Position numbers and translations under genes: made by a program. From a bacterium (lineage in GTDB: Bacteria > Margulisbacteria > Marinamargulisbacteria > GCA-2716485 > JAYNIM01), in the NCBI GenBank assembly GCA_038109055.1, contig JAYNIM010000001.1, forward strand, positions 645,081 to 709,080: DNA of 64,000 nucleotides, in the 5' to 3' direction. This document shows, one piece after another, positions 52,101 through 60,546 of the stretch. The notes below the pieces were generated by a model that saw only the letters and a program-made list of their open reading frames with translations, searched no databases and was not told the DNA's origin. How positions within the stretch are numbered: position 1 is the stretch's first letter; each line of letters starts with the position of its first letter.

Positions 52101-55010
52101 ATACCTTAGAACTTCAGAACCCTTAAAATACACTTTTGTTTTGACAGAAACCATATCCATTTGTTCCCCATTAGGTCGAACTGCAACTAAATTCAAACTC
52201 ATTTTTTTCCCAGCTTGAACCAAAGGACTGTCTTTTTTGATACCTAAATAAAATTCTGCAGGATGTAAGGTCATGGCGTGAGATTTTGAAATAACATCGC
52301 CTTGAAGATCTTGTACAGTGACATCTGCAATAATTTTACTCGCTTGTTGTTTTTTTTCGGTAGGAACAGTGATGTTAAACTGTCCTTTTTTATTTGTCTT
52401 AATGTTTTTGTATAAAAGTGTTTGTGTGCCCTGATAATAAGGTTCTAAACCTTCGTCCTTAGGAGAATATGAAAACGTATACTGCTGATACCCTGGCGGC
52501 TGAAAACTAGTGCTGCTTTGCTTAATCCATGTTTCTACATTTGTATTCTTCATGACGCCACCTTGAAGGTATGTCGCAAACCCATTAAAGACAATAGTGT
52601 TTCCAGCTGTATCATTTTTTTTAGGTGCGGTTAATTTCACATCAAAATTTTGCGTTTTAAATTCTTGAACTTGAAAGGATGCAGATTGATCAAGATATCG
52701 TATTGAATATTTTCCCAAAAGGGCATCTTCAGGTATTAAAAAACCTCCTGATATGGATGAAAAATCATCCATTGTAAGCGTTATTGTTTCTATTTTTTGA
52801 TTCATAGGATCAAAAATAGAAACCTTTATTTCTTTATTTTGCGGGAACTGAGATAAATTCCGATTACCCAAATGTCTTAATACTGCTTTAAATTGTACTT
52901 TTTCTCCTGGACTGTAGAGCTTTCTTTCAACGAACGTTAACGCGCGTGTTCCTTTTTGGTATCGATCGAAATATAACTCAGGAGATTGAGAATTATAGTA
53001 GTAGTAAGATAACTCTTGCCCGGCTGCTTTTTTGGTTTGAAGGTATAGGTTAAAATCTTCCTGAGAAATACCCCCATTCCAGTGATCTAAAGCAAATGCA
53101 AAGTCGGCGTCTTTTTCGGCGATGATGAGTAATTGATCTGTTTGACCTAAACTTTTTTGACTTGGTATTGCCAAAAGTCCATCTTTATCAGACTTACCTG
53201 AAAATTTAAGAACGGCTCTTCCTTTTTTATATTCATAAATACTAATTTTCACATCTGGGTAAGAAACACCTTCCGTTAATTTGTTAACCCAAATTAACCC
53301 ATCAAAATACCCAATCTTTGCTGTAATCCCAATGTTAGAAAACTGCATCAAGGATCGGTAATAAGATGTTTGTCCAGTAGCTTGAATTTGAAATGCAATG
53401 GGGTACTGCAAAGATGGAACTATGGTTGAAATAGGAATATGTTGATATGCAAGAACGTTAGGCGTTGACTTCGTTTTGATTGTTTTGTGAAAGTTGTATG
53501 TAGAATCAGATCTGTACTTTAGATAATCGGCAATATCTGAAGCATTTTGAAGGGGACGTGCTTTGAGGGAAATAACGTCATAATTTCGATAAAGCAAAGA
53601 AATTGAAGGCGTTCCTATCTTTTCTTGTAGTATATTTCCTTGGGGCACCTGAATACTGGGCTTGTAATCAGAAAAATAGATCGGATAGGGTTCAGGAATA
53701 AAGGTTGTCCCATCTTTGGCTTGAATAGGAGAAACAAAATAAAGCACATAATTCTTTCTTGGCTGAAACCCTGAAATATCAACATATACTTTGTGTCCAA
53801 ACGTTTGAGTCCGCTTAGCTTTAATTTTTATTTCTTCTGGGGGATAAACACGCATTGAACGAAGGAGACTTTCTTCTTCAACCTGAGTTGAAAAAGCCAA
53901 AAGAAGTTTGGAGTTAGGATGTAATACCTTATCTCCCCAAGGCAGCATAACTTGTAAAAACATTGGCGTTGGGGATACAAAAATTTTTTCACTCACTAAG
54001 TCTTCCTCTAAGCCTAAGTTACCAAGCGCACTTTTAGCACCAGCTAATATATTTAGTGTAAATTTTGAATTATAGGGAAGGTCTACTGAAGACTTAATTA
54101 TGTATGAATTGGTTGGAGACATTTGTTTGATATGCCAATCTGAATAATTTCGCTCGGTGTCGAATTTAGAAATTATGACCGGAATTTTCTTTCTTGTTTT
54201 TTCAAGTTTTAAATACATGTATTTTTCTAAGGATTCTAAGTTCATGGGTTGGTTAAATTCGATAAACAGTTCTCCGCTTCTAGGAACCCTTCCAGAACCA
54301 TCTAAGTTAAGTTTCTGAACCTTTGGTCTTGCTGTATCAAATCGAAACGAAACCTCATCAATAGTGACCGTATATCGTGTTCCAAAAGGTAAGGCGTGAT
54401 CAAGTTGATATATCAACCTTTTGGGATTAGAAAAAAACAATGTTCCTTCGGCCTCTGGTTTCAAACTAAATACTTTATGAGATGCATCAGAAACCCCAAC
54501 AGGCACTTGGTCACTTTCATAGTCAATAACGATCTGCGTGACCGTACTTGCCTGTCCTACAGGTGAAGCAAATGTTATTTTCTTTGTTCCGTTTCCTAAA
54601 GGAAATTTCAAAGAGGGCAATAAGGAAATGTTCTCAGCATTAAGTTTGGCATCAGGAATATTTTTTAACTTCTCAGCAGATGGCACACGAAAGACTTTTG
54701 GATTTGTATAGCTTTTATTTTTAATTTTTTTGTAAAGTTCAATAACAGCCATCGGTATTTCAGTTGAGGATATCTTTTGAGGACGCTTGGTTTCTTGTAT
54801 GTCTGTTTGAATTATCCATGTCTTTAAAGCTTCTTTTTTCTGTTGCGCAAAGCCAACAATAGTCTTTATGAAGGAGCTATTTGTATGGTTTTCTGAGACA
54901 GATTGCGTATGAAACTTACTATTTTTCTGAAAAGCATATCCCGCACTTCCTGAAACTATAAGAGAGAAAATTATTATAAGGGTCCATTTTTTTTTATTAT
55001 GCCATTTCAT
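49164..55010 (-). CDS. Bacterial alpha-2-macroglobulin family protein
   Basis: YSPGEKV, VAVVDE, PDNLTTFR, DFLPAGFE, EEMYSPE; thioester motif replaced by DSLEQ. Confidence 0.93.
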   Translation of the reverse strand: MKWHNKKKWTLIIIFSLIVSGSAGYAFQKNSKFHTQSVSENHTNSSFIKTIVGFAQQKKEALKTWIIQTDIQETKRPQKISSTEIPMAVIELYKKIKNKSYTNPKVFRVPSAEKLKNIPDAKLNAENISLLPSLKFPLGNGTKKITFASPVGQASTVTQIVIDYESDQVPVGVSDASHKVFSLKPEAEGTLFFSNPKRLIYQLDHALPFGTRYTVTIDEVSFRFDTARPKVQKLNLDGSGRVPRSGELFIEFNQPMNLESLEKYMYLKLEKTRKKIPVIISKFDTERNYSDWHIKQMSPTNSYIIKSSVDLPYNSKFTLNILAGAKSALGNLGLEEDLVSEKIFVSPTPMFLQVMLPWGDKVLHPNSKLLLAFSTQVEEESLLRSMRVYPPEEIKIKAKRTQTFGHKVYVDISGFQPRKNYVLYFVSPIQAKDGTTFIPEPYPIYFSDYKPSIQVPQGNILQEKIGTPSISLLYRNYDVISLKARPLQNASDIADYLKYRSDSTYNFHKTIKTKSTPNVLAYQHIPISTIVPSLQYPIAFQIQATGQTSYYRSLMQFSNIGITAKIGYFDGLIWVNKLTEGVSYPDVKISIYEYKKGRAVLKFSGKSDKDGLLAIPSQKSLGQTDQLLIIAEKDADFAFALDHWNGGISQEDFNLYLQTKKAAGQELSYYYYNSQSPELYFDRYQKGTRALTFVERKLYSPGEKVQFKAVLRHLGNRNLSQFPQNKEIKVSIFDPMNQKIETITLTMDDFSSISGGFLIPEDALLGKYSIRYLDQSASFQVQEFKTQNFDVKLTAPKKNDTAGNTIVFNGFATYLQGGVMKNTNVETWIKQSSTSFQPPGYQQYTFSYSPKDEGLEPYYQGTQTLLYKNIKTNKKGQFNITVPTEKKQQASKIIADVTVQDLQGDVISKSHAMTLHPAEFYLGIKKDSPLVQAGKKMSLNLVAVRPNGEQMDMVSVKTKVYFKGSEVLRYKSLGNTFLTKQTPKSQLLETQTFTLSKTDSKFEFTPQHAGNYTLVFESTDSKGNLTKSSRSFDAYGLGDPQWQLYDHDRIDLESDKEIYNVGDMATILIKSPVSKGTALVTVEREGVLDHFMVDFTSASPIVRIPIKELYFPNAYISVTLIQGRVSKPPLSGVDLGKPTFRVGYLHLKVKSPDHDLTIDLKTDKKNYQPREKVTLDINISEISKKTGIADVAVAVVDEALLNLMPNKIDPIASFFKDHPLRVRTAQNRIHFKGRRTYGQKGVGLGGGGGELLSADTRHLFLNSVYWNPSIRTNEQGKASVSFTVPDNLTTFRIIAFGQTKGSRFGVTEKTFKVSKELSVFSVFPKFLVQGDSFEAGVNIHNQSELKGIADITAFSNNLSINSKSDQMVTVSKKSVTPAMFSFSANKRGLSNYGFKAQLGNLEDSIEQSIVVHDALSYLTTATYGRLKPGSLSETIMIPEIATANRGHIKVSLSASKLSSIEGAVKYLNGYTHDSLEQQYAKTIGRIGNTALMGKRLKSLSVEDSKFIRRVIRDTNKYFNSDKGLGFWPQSRYSSPYLSSFIAQVLLMYEEIGVKVPNYYFSRLDKYFKKMLDDPLSFSTHRLHAFNYLAKRGKIGSAMVERFMGQRSEFTLTERLLLAEGLYYVREKAELAQSVFKECKPFLSFESGEVFFDEKTSPRFTYMIHPRLYLNILGLSTMLTLTPNDPLVYQLAQYLSTTQLQKGFWSNTQENAQIIMAMVKFREIKELSDSSFETQVQLKNNILGSYTAKQITTPPQAFISPIKQIVDESIPLKLNTTGEGSGYYRVELRYAIPAAKATRKNHGFQVNRSYFNANNTLVAPDSFKAGERYRVAVSIRINERKDFIAVQDFLPAGFEMINPALGGADTLIRNTFSTYFKNPDPSDWIDHTELRHEQAIVYATNLKNGSYTLNYFVRATHPGTYTARAPHAEEMYSPEVFGNGSTQTIIVNP

Positions 55011-55227
55011 TGCTATAGTTTACTTTATTAATTTTTTACTATTATTTTTCTTTGAACAAACTTTATATAAAACCATATGATTAGATATCTGTAAAACCGA
55101 CCTGATCTATCTTCATCTCAAAACAGAAGGAATTAATTTTATATCCTAAGCCCCTTTAGGGTGTTTCTATATTTTTTAATTTTTTTATTGTAAAAATGAT
55201 ACGCTTTTTTTTAAATTTATTGGAACA

Positions 55228-55256
55228 TATCACCCCAATATATCACTCCTTTATTT
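55228..55256 (+). repeat. Right copy of 29-bp direct repeat
   Basis: tatcaccccaatatatcactcctttattt. Confidence 0.8.
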
Positions 55257-55701
55257 GAAGACGGTGTCAACTTTGCAAAAAACATGGCGCTACCTTATCG
55301 TTTTCTTTATCACGACAATTTTAGTTTATATGAATATGTTTAAGTTCTAAACTTAATAACCTGAGCTTGCTTGATTTTTATCATAAAAACAGTTAATTAT
55401 TTTTTTCATTAAATTCAATTGAGCTAACACCTAAATTAACACCAGATCATTCCTTGTGAACTTAATAACATTCATATACAACGCAATAATAGATTAAAAA
55501 ATCTGAGAAATATGAATCTTTCATTGAAATTATAAAGTTCCATTTAAAAAACCAGGCACATACTACATCTAAAATAGATAATACCCAATCACATCCAAGC
55601 AATTTAAAATTTTTAGGTAAAAAATTAAATTAAACAAAGTATTCGCATTAAAACATCAAAAAACGATTCATTTAACATCAAAAAGGGTATAAAAAATAAA
55701 C

Positions 55702-57432
55702 GTGTCGTCACAAAATATTATGAAAAATCCAAATAATGAACAAAACACGCTAAACACCTTCATCACTACACTCACGGCTTCACACGTAAATGCAACTATT
55801 TCACAACGCCAATCCGAGCAAATTATCAATGCCACAGACAACTCTATTTACGAGTCAAAACCAGCTGCTGTTATATATCCCAAAACAGCTCAGGCGATCC
55901 AAGAGATTCTCACATTAGGAAATCAAGACACCTACCAACACCTTCATTTCACGGCCAAAGTCAGCGCTACAGGTTGTAATGGGCAATCACTTAATACCGG
56001 TATTATCATCGACATTTCTCGCTATATGCATGCCATTGGCAAAATTAATAATGTTTCCCCAGCAGATCGCGCTACGATTGGGGATATGTTTAGTACCGAT
56101 GCCAGTGGCAAAGGCAGCATGCGCTAGGGAAAAACCAGTCAGCATATTTTAGAATGCGATATCGTAAATTCAACGGGAGAAAAACAAACCTTAAAACCCA
56201 TATCGATATCAAAACTTACATCACAACCTAAGCTACATCAAAAGCTTTACAACATAGCCATTCAAAATCAACAAAAAATAAATAAAACATTTCCATCAAC
56301 GACCCGTTTTTTAACAGGTTACAATCTTAAACATATGTACAATCCAAAAACAGAAACTCTATCGCTAATCCCGCTATTTTCAGGTTTTGAAGGAACATTG
56401 GGAATTGTAACCCGTTTAAAACTAAAGCTAAGCCAAATTCCAAAAAAAAAGTTTAATTGTTATTGGCCATCCCCAATTTTCAGATGCTATTAGCTGCATA
56501 GAACCCTTAAAAAAACTTAAGCCCATTGCAATTGAAGTACTAGACGATACCGTACTACGAAATGCTTCCGGCCATGCGCTCCTTAAAAGTCTACACCAAC
56601 ATATCTCCGCTCCCATCAAAAGTCTTAGTTATGTCGAGCTTGATGAAAACAGCAACCCAACAACCATCAAAAAAAACACTCATCAAAAAAATCTTTCAAC
56701 TCGAACATATCCCTATTCCTTCAACTCACAGCTTACACATACCCAAACACAACAAAACAAACAATACCGTCTTTATCATCCAAGACCCATTTACACGCCT
56801 TTATGCACCAGAACGTATCGAAAATCTGGCAAAACTATGTGTAAAACTCGATAAAAAACACCCTATTACCCTATTTTGAAATTGGAAAAAGCCATGAAAT
56901 ATTAGGTCATACAGCCAGATTTAAACAAACAGCAAAAAAAACAAAAGCCATCATTGATGATGCAAACCAAAAAGGAAGGGTATTATGTATCGAACCGAGC
57001 ATGTTTTACTGTTTTCAAGACGAATACAAAAAAGCAGGTATTCCATTAGAAAAACCCCTGATGACATTACAAGAATTTTTGCTTGAAAACACCCCAAAAA
57101 TACCATCTTTTTCTGAACAAATCATTCATAAAACTTGGACAATTTTTCCTCACTGTATGGAACAAACGCATCCAGAACATCTAAAACAATGGATGGATTT
57201 ATTTCAGAAACTAAAAATCACAATAAATTTCAAATCATTAGGTTGCTACGGGCAAGCTGGTGTATACGGCTACCAATTACAAAATCAAGAGACATCTCAG
57301 GAAATATTTAAAAAAGGATGGGGACAAGATACGCAGTGGCAAGAAAACATCCTATCATCAGGGTTTTCTTGTCATCATCAATTTAGTAAATATGGTATTC
57401 AGTCACAGCATTTGCTGGAGTTATTTACTTGA
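55702..57432 (+). pseudogene. Decayed FAD-linked oxidase/Fe-S protein (YdiJ-like)
   Basis: PAAVIYP, NGQSL, RATIG..STDASGKGS, in-frame TAG, TGYNL, EGTLG, QDPFT, IEPS, HC, GCYGQAGVYG, SGFSC spread over several frames. Confidence 0.85.
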
Positions 57433-57618
57433 TTTGTATAACGAAGCTCGTTACTGACAGAATCTAGCGTTTTTTTGATCTCTCAATTACGTACCATGCA
57501 CAGCCTGTTTTTGGCTGATTTACAAAAATCTTTTTACAAACAACCCCGTTTTTGATTTTTTTTCTCTCCTAAAACCCACTTTCGCCACAATTTTTAGAAA
57601 ATTTTAGTTCTCTTTTAG

Positions 57619-58547
57619 TTATGCAGAGGTCTTAACAATGATATTATTTCCATCTTTAACAACGAACTCTTTTGAATAGTTTTCGTGTTCACTATTTACT
57701 GGCTTGCCTGCTACTGTTGTTTGATAATCTTTATGAAATACTTCAACCTTTTGTAGTACACCCTGCTGATTTACTGTTAATTTTAACCTGAGGTCTCCAA
57801 CCTTTAATATATTACTTCTAGTAGGTGTAGATATCATGCTTACAGGTATATTTAATTGTTCATATTGCGATTGACTAAGACTAGCAAACGTGCCATCGTC
57901 GCACTTAAAAATGTTTTCTACTAGCTCCAATTCTTTCGTTAAACTACGCATCAAAGGTCGAGGAATTTCCTCTATTCTTAACACATTTTTTGAAAGATCA
58001 AGTACCATCATTAAATGAATTTGTTTACGTGTTAAGCTTACCCCTGATTTACATCGGGGAGCAAAATTTTTTATTAATATGGGACTTGATGATCTTAGAT
58101 GATTAACATCTTTATTATCTAACAAGATGTTTTGTTATTTGTTAGATATTTTATTGTTACGTTCATTCTTATATTGAGACTATCTTGTTATTTGATACTG
58201 TCCCTTCTACCGTCTGCGCTTTAGTTCCCTGTTCTCAAGCGTTGCTCCCTGTTCTTAAGCGTTAGTTCTTCGATCTCTCTATCTTTCCGTTTGCTTCCCG
58301 CTTCAAGTTTTAAAACATATGGATTAAGTGCAACTAAATATGACTCTTCTTTTGGGCTCAATGGTGCTCGACAAAGGCTCTGTGACAACCTCGAATCTTC
58401 ACGTCTCTTTCTATCAAAATAGTCTTTATGTATAGGCGACTTTCCTTCGTCTACTCATTTTCGGTCCTCATCTAACCACCATCTTATCGTTTGACTCCGT
58501 GTGTCTTCACACGTTAATGGAGGGTTATTTAGAGACTTTAAAATCAT
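57619..58547 (-). pseudogene. Fragmented hypothetical gene; 3' fragment is ORF 57619..58125
   Basis: Frame from ATG 58547 has one TGA, then shifts inside a duplicated ELTLKNR-type heptad. Confidence 0.5.
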
Positions 58548-58690
58548 TATTTCAATACTATTAAATAGTCTTGATTAAATTTAAAATAATGTTAATACAT
58601 TTCTATTTTTTTTAAAAACTGAACTACCCCAGAGCGTAGCCCTCAGGCGCAGCGTGTAGTCGAGCAAGATGAAAATTACAAAGGTCAGGT

Positions 58691-58972
58691 TCTCTGGCTC
58701 AGAGAGAGGGATTCGTTTGCTTCGCAAACATTCCTTCGTCACTCACTCCTCGCTTTTCGCTCGGCGTTCCTCAGGCTTCGCTTTGCTCACCCTCTCGGGT
58801 TCGAATCCTTTTTATGTAATAAAAGTATCTCTGGCTCAGAGAGAGGGATTCGTTTGCTTCGCAAACATTCCTTCGTCACTCACTCCTCGCTTTTCGCTCG
58901 GCGTTCCTCAGGCTTCGCTTTGCTCACCCTCTCGGGTTCGAATCCTTTTTATGTAATAAAAGTATCTCTGGC
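58691..58972. repeat. Two identical 137-bp tandem units (58691-58827, 58828-58964) plus 8 nt of a third, with tRNA-like ends
   Basis: tctctggc recurs at 58691, 58828, 58965; minus-strand units end GAATCCCTCTCTCTGAGCCA. Confidence 0.95.
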
Positions 58973-58985
58973 GGAAAGGGTGGGA
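58969..58985 (-). other. tRNA-Ser 3'-end fragment, probable att site
   Basis: Minus strand TCCCACCCTTTCCGCCA without the rest of a tRNA. Confidence 0.7.
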
Positions 58986-59061
58986 CGCGGTTCAAACCCT
59001 TTGTGGGGAGAATGTTAGTGGTTTTGTGGGTAAATTGCCAGAGTTGAGGGTGGCATAATTT

Positions 59062-59498
59062 TTATTTCGGCTTTGAAGATTTTCTTGTGTATTGGGACCA
59101 GTTTGTATTTTCTTTGGATATTAAGGTTTCAACTTTGCCAACCAGAAGGTTAAAAGGTTCTTCGCCGTTATAGGGGGCAGTTTTAGTTAAAAATAAATAT
59201 TTTTCATGTCTAAGCGATTCACAGGTTGTACGGTAATCAATCCAATTTTCGTGCAGTTTAAATAGACTTATAGCCCCGTAATAATGGCAACCAGAGCCCC
59301 AAAGCAAGATACAACCAACCGGAGACTGAATGATGTATCAGTAATGTAAGGTACAAGGATCGGTATAATTACAGATAATGCAATTTGAATGATTTGCAAA
59401 CGACGAAACCATTTTTGGTTCCATATACTCTTCTGATCATACCAATTTATATGGTCATCGAGACGGCTATTTAAATACTCATCTTGATTTAACTGCAC
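59062..59498 (-). pseudogene. DUF4231/SLATT 2-TM protein split by a 1-nt frameshift
   Basis: YLNSRLDDHINWYDQKS, 2 TMs, then WIDYRTTCESLRHEKYLF in the adjacent frame; break near 59270-59277. Confidence 0.85.
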
Positions 59499-59992
59499 GT
59501 TCTATTGTACGAGTAGCGATCTCTGGGGTTGCCTATTAAAGATGTGTTATTGAATCTAGCGTTATATGCTTCGTCAATCAGGTTTGACAACGAAGCTGTA
59601 GAGTTTGGATATTTATAAAATTTGGCATATCCTGAGTTCACATTTAATCGAACTCTTTCGGGTAAAGTTTTATAGCTTTCCCAAAGTTGAATCGCAATCA
59701 ACCCGTTGGGAAAAAGTCCAGACGGCTGACGTAACGACGATTGAACTTCCCAATCTACGAATCGTCGAGCCCACGTGCATTTGCCCACCAATACTATCGT
59801 CACCGTTGAATCTTGAAGATATAAGGATCTTATTCGGCTCATAACATAGTCTACGTTGGTTGAATCTATTATGTCATCTTCCATAGTAAGGCCTCGCCGA
59901 ATAAAAGAACCTTCGAATTGACTACAGAAATTATCAACCGCAGATTTATCTGAATGGTCGTATGAAATAAAACACTTGTGACGGACTGCCAA
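59489..59992 (-). CDS. MTH538/DUF1863 TIR-domain protein (ThsB-like)
   Basis: KCFISYDH, STVTIVLVG..T..R.FVDWEV..SL; TTG start with SD gaaagggg. Confidence 0.9.
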   Translation of the reverse strand: MAVRHKCFISYDHSDKSAVDNFCSQFEGSFIRRGLTMEDDIIDSTNVDYVMSRIRSLYLQDSTVTIVLVGKCTWARRFVDWEVQSSLRQPSGLFPNGLIAIQLWESYKTLPERVRLNVNSGYAKFYKYPNSTASLSNLIDEAYNARFNNTSLIGNPRDRYSYNRTCS

Positions 59993-60046
59993 ATAACGCC
60001 CCTTTCAATATCAAAATTAAGTTTAAATTGTAGCAAAAGAATTCAT

Positions 60047-60364
60047 TTATTTTAATGCCAATGTAAATTCCCGATTCTCATCACACATCCCATCAACCTG
60101 CTCCAAAAGCTCCTCCAAAAACCCTTCAATCCCGTCATACGGCGTGACATAAAAGCTTTCGAGTCGGTCGCCGTTCATCATCGCCACCTGATATTCGGAA
60201 TTGGTCAAAAACACAAACCCAGAGTGTCGATTCATCATGATTTCTACCTGGTCTGGGTAAAAGTCTTCGGGAAGGCCTTGTTCGTTCCAAGCGTTTAAAA
60301 GTTCTTGAGCCAATAGTCGTTCACGGATGCCAAAGTCTGATAATTTTGTTGTCGTTTGTTCCAT
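60047..60364 (-). CDS. Small acidic hypothetical protein
   Basis: 105 aa, 21 D/E vs 7 K/R; strong SD gaggagg. Confidence 0.85.
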   Translation of the reverse strand: MEQTTTKLSDFGIRERLLAQELLNAWNEQGLPEDFYPDQVEIMMNRHSGFVFLTNSEYQVAMMNGDRLESFYVTPYDGIEGFLEELLEQVDGMCDENREFTLALK

Positions 60365-60508
60365 TTGGGAACCTCCTCTTTAGTTGATGGACTAAAAAGA
60401 GGCAGAACGATAGCGAAGGGATCAAGGTCAGCCCAGATGTACCATTTAGCCTTGATTCATTGGCGGTTCTTCCAGAATATACAGGACATCAAAAGAGGTG
60501 TTCCAAAT
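60363..60508. promoter_or_regulatory. Long imperfect stem-loop, candidate ssDNA (Frpo-like) promoter or translational control element
   Basis: Nested complementary blocks tttgg(g)aac/gttccaaa, cctcttt/aaagagg, ttgatg/catcaa, agaac/gttct, atcaagg/ccttgat. Confidence 0.55.
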
Positions 60509-60546
60509 TAGAAAGCGTTCAAGATTCCATTTTGGCATCTTGAAAC

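Noticed and set aside
58626..58666. REP-like GC-rich motif (gagcgtagcc...gtagtcgag)
   Set aside because: Single degenerate copy with no clean palindrome and no RAYT transposase
58669..58956. 95-aa ORF
   Set aside because: It is a translation of the non-coding repeat in two different frames
58691..58972. CRISPR array
   Set aside because: Units are 137 bp and identical throughout, with no unique spacers and no cas genes
58691..59000. Complete tRNA gene
   Set aside because: Only T-arm and acceptor 3' fragments; I could not build a D arm, anticodon arm or matching 5' acceptor strand
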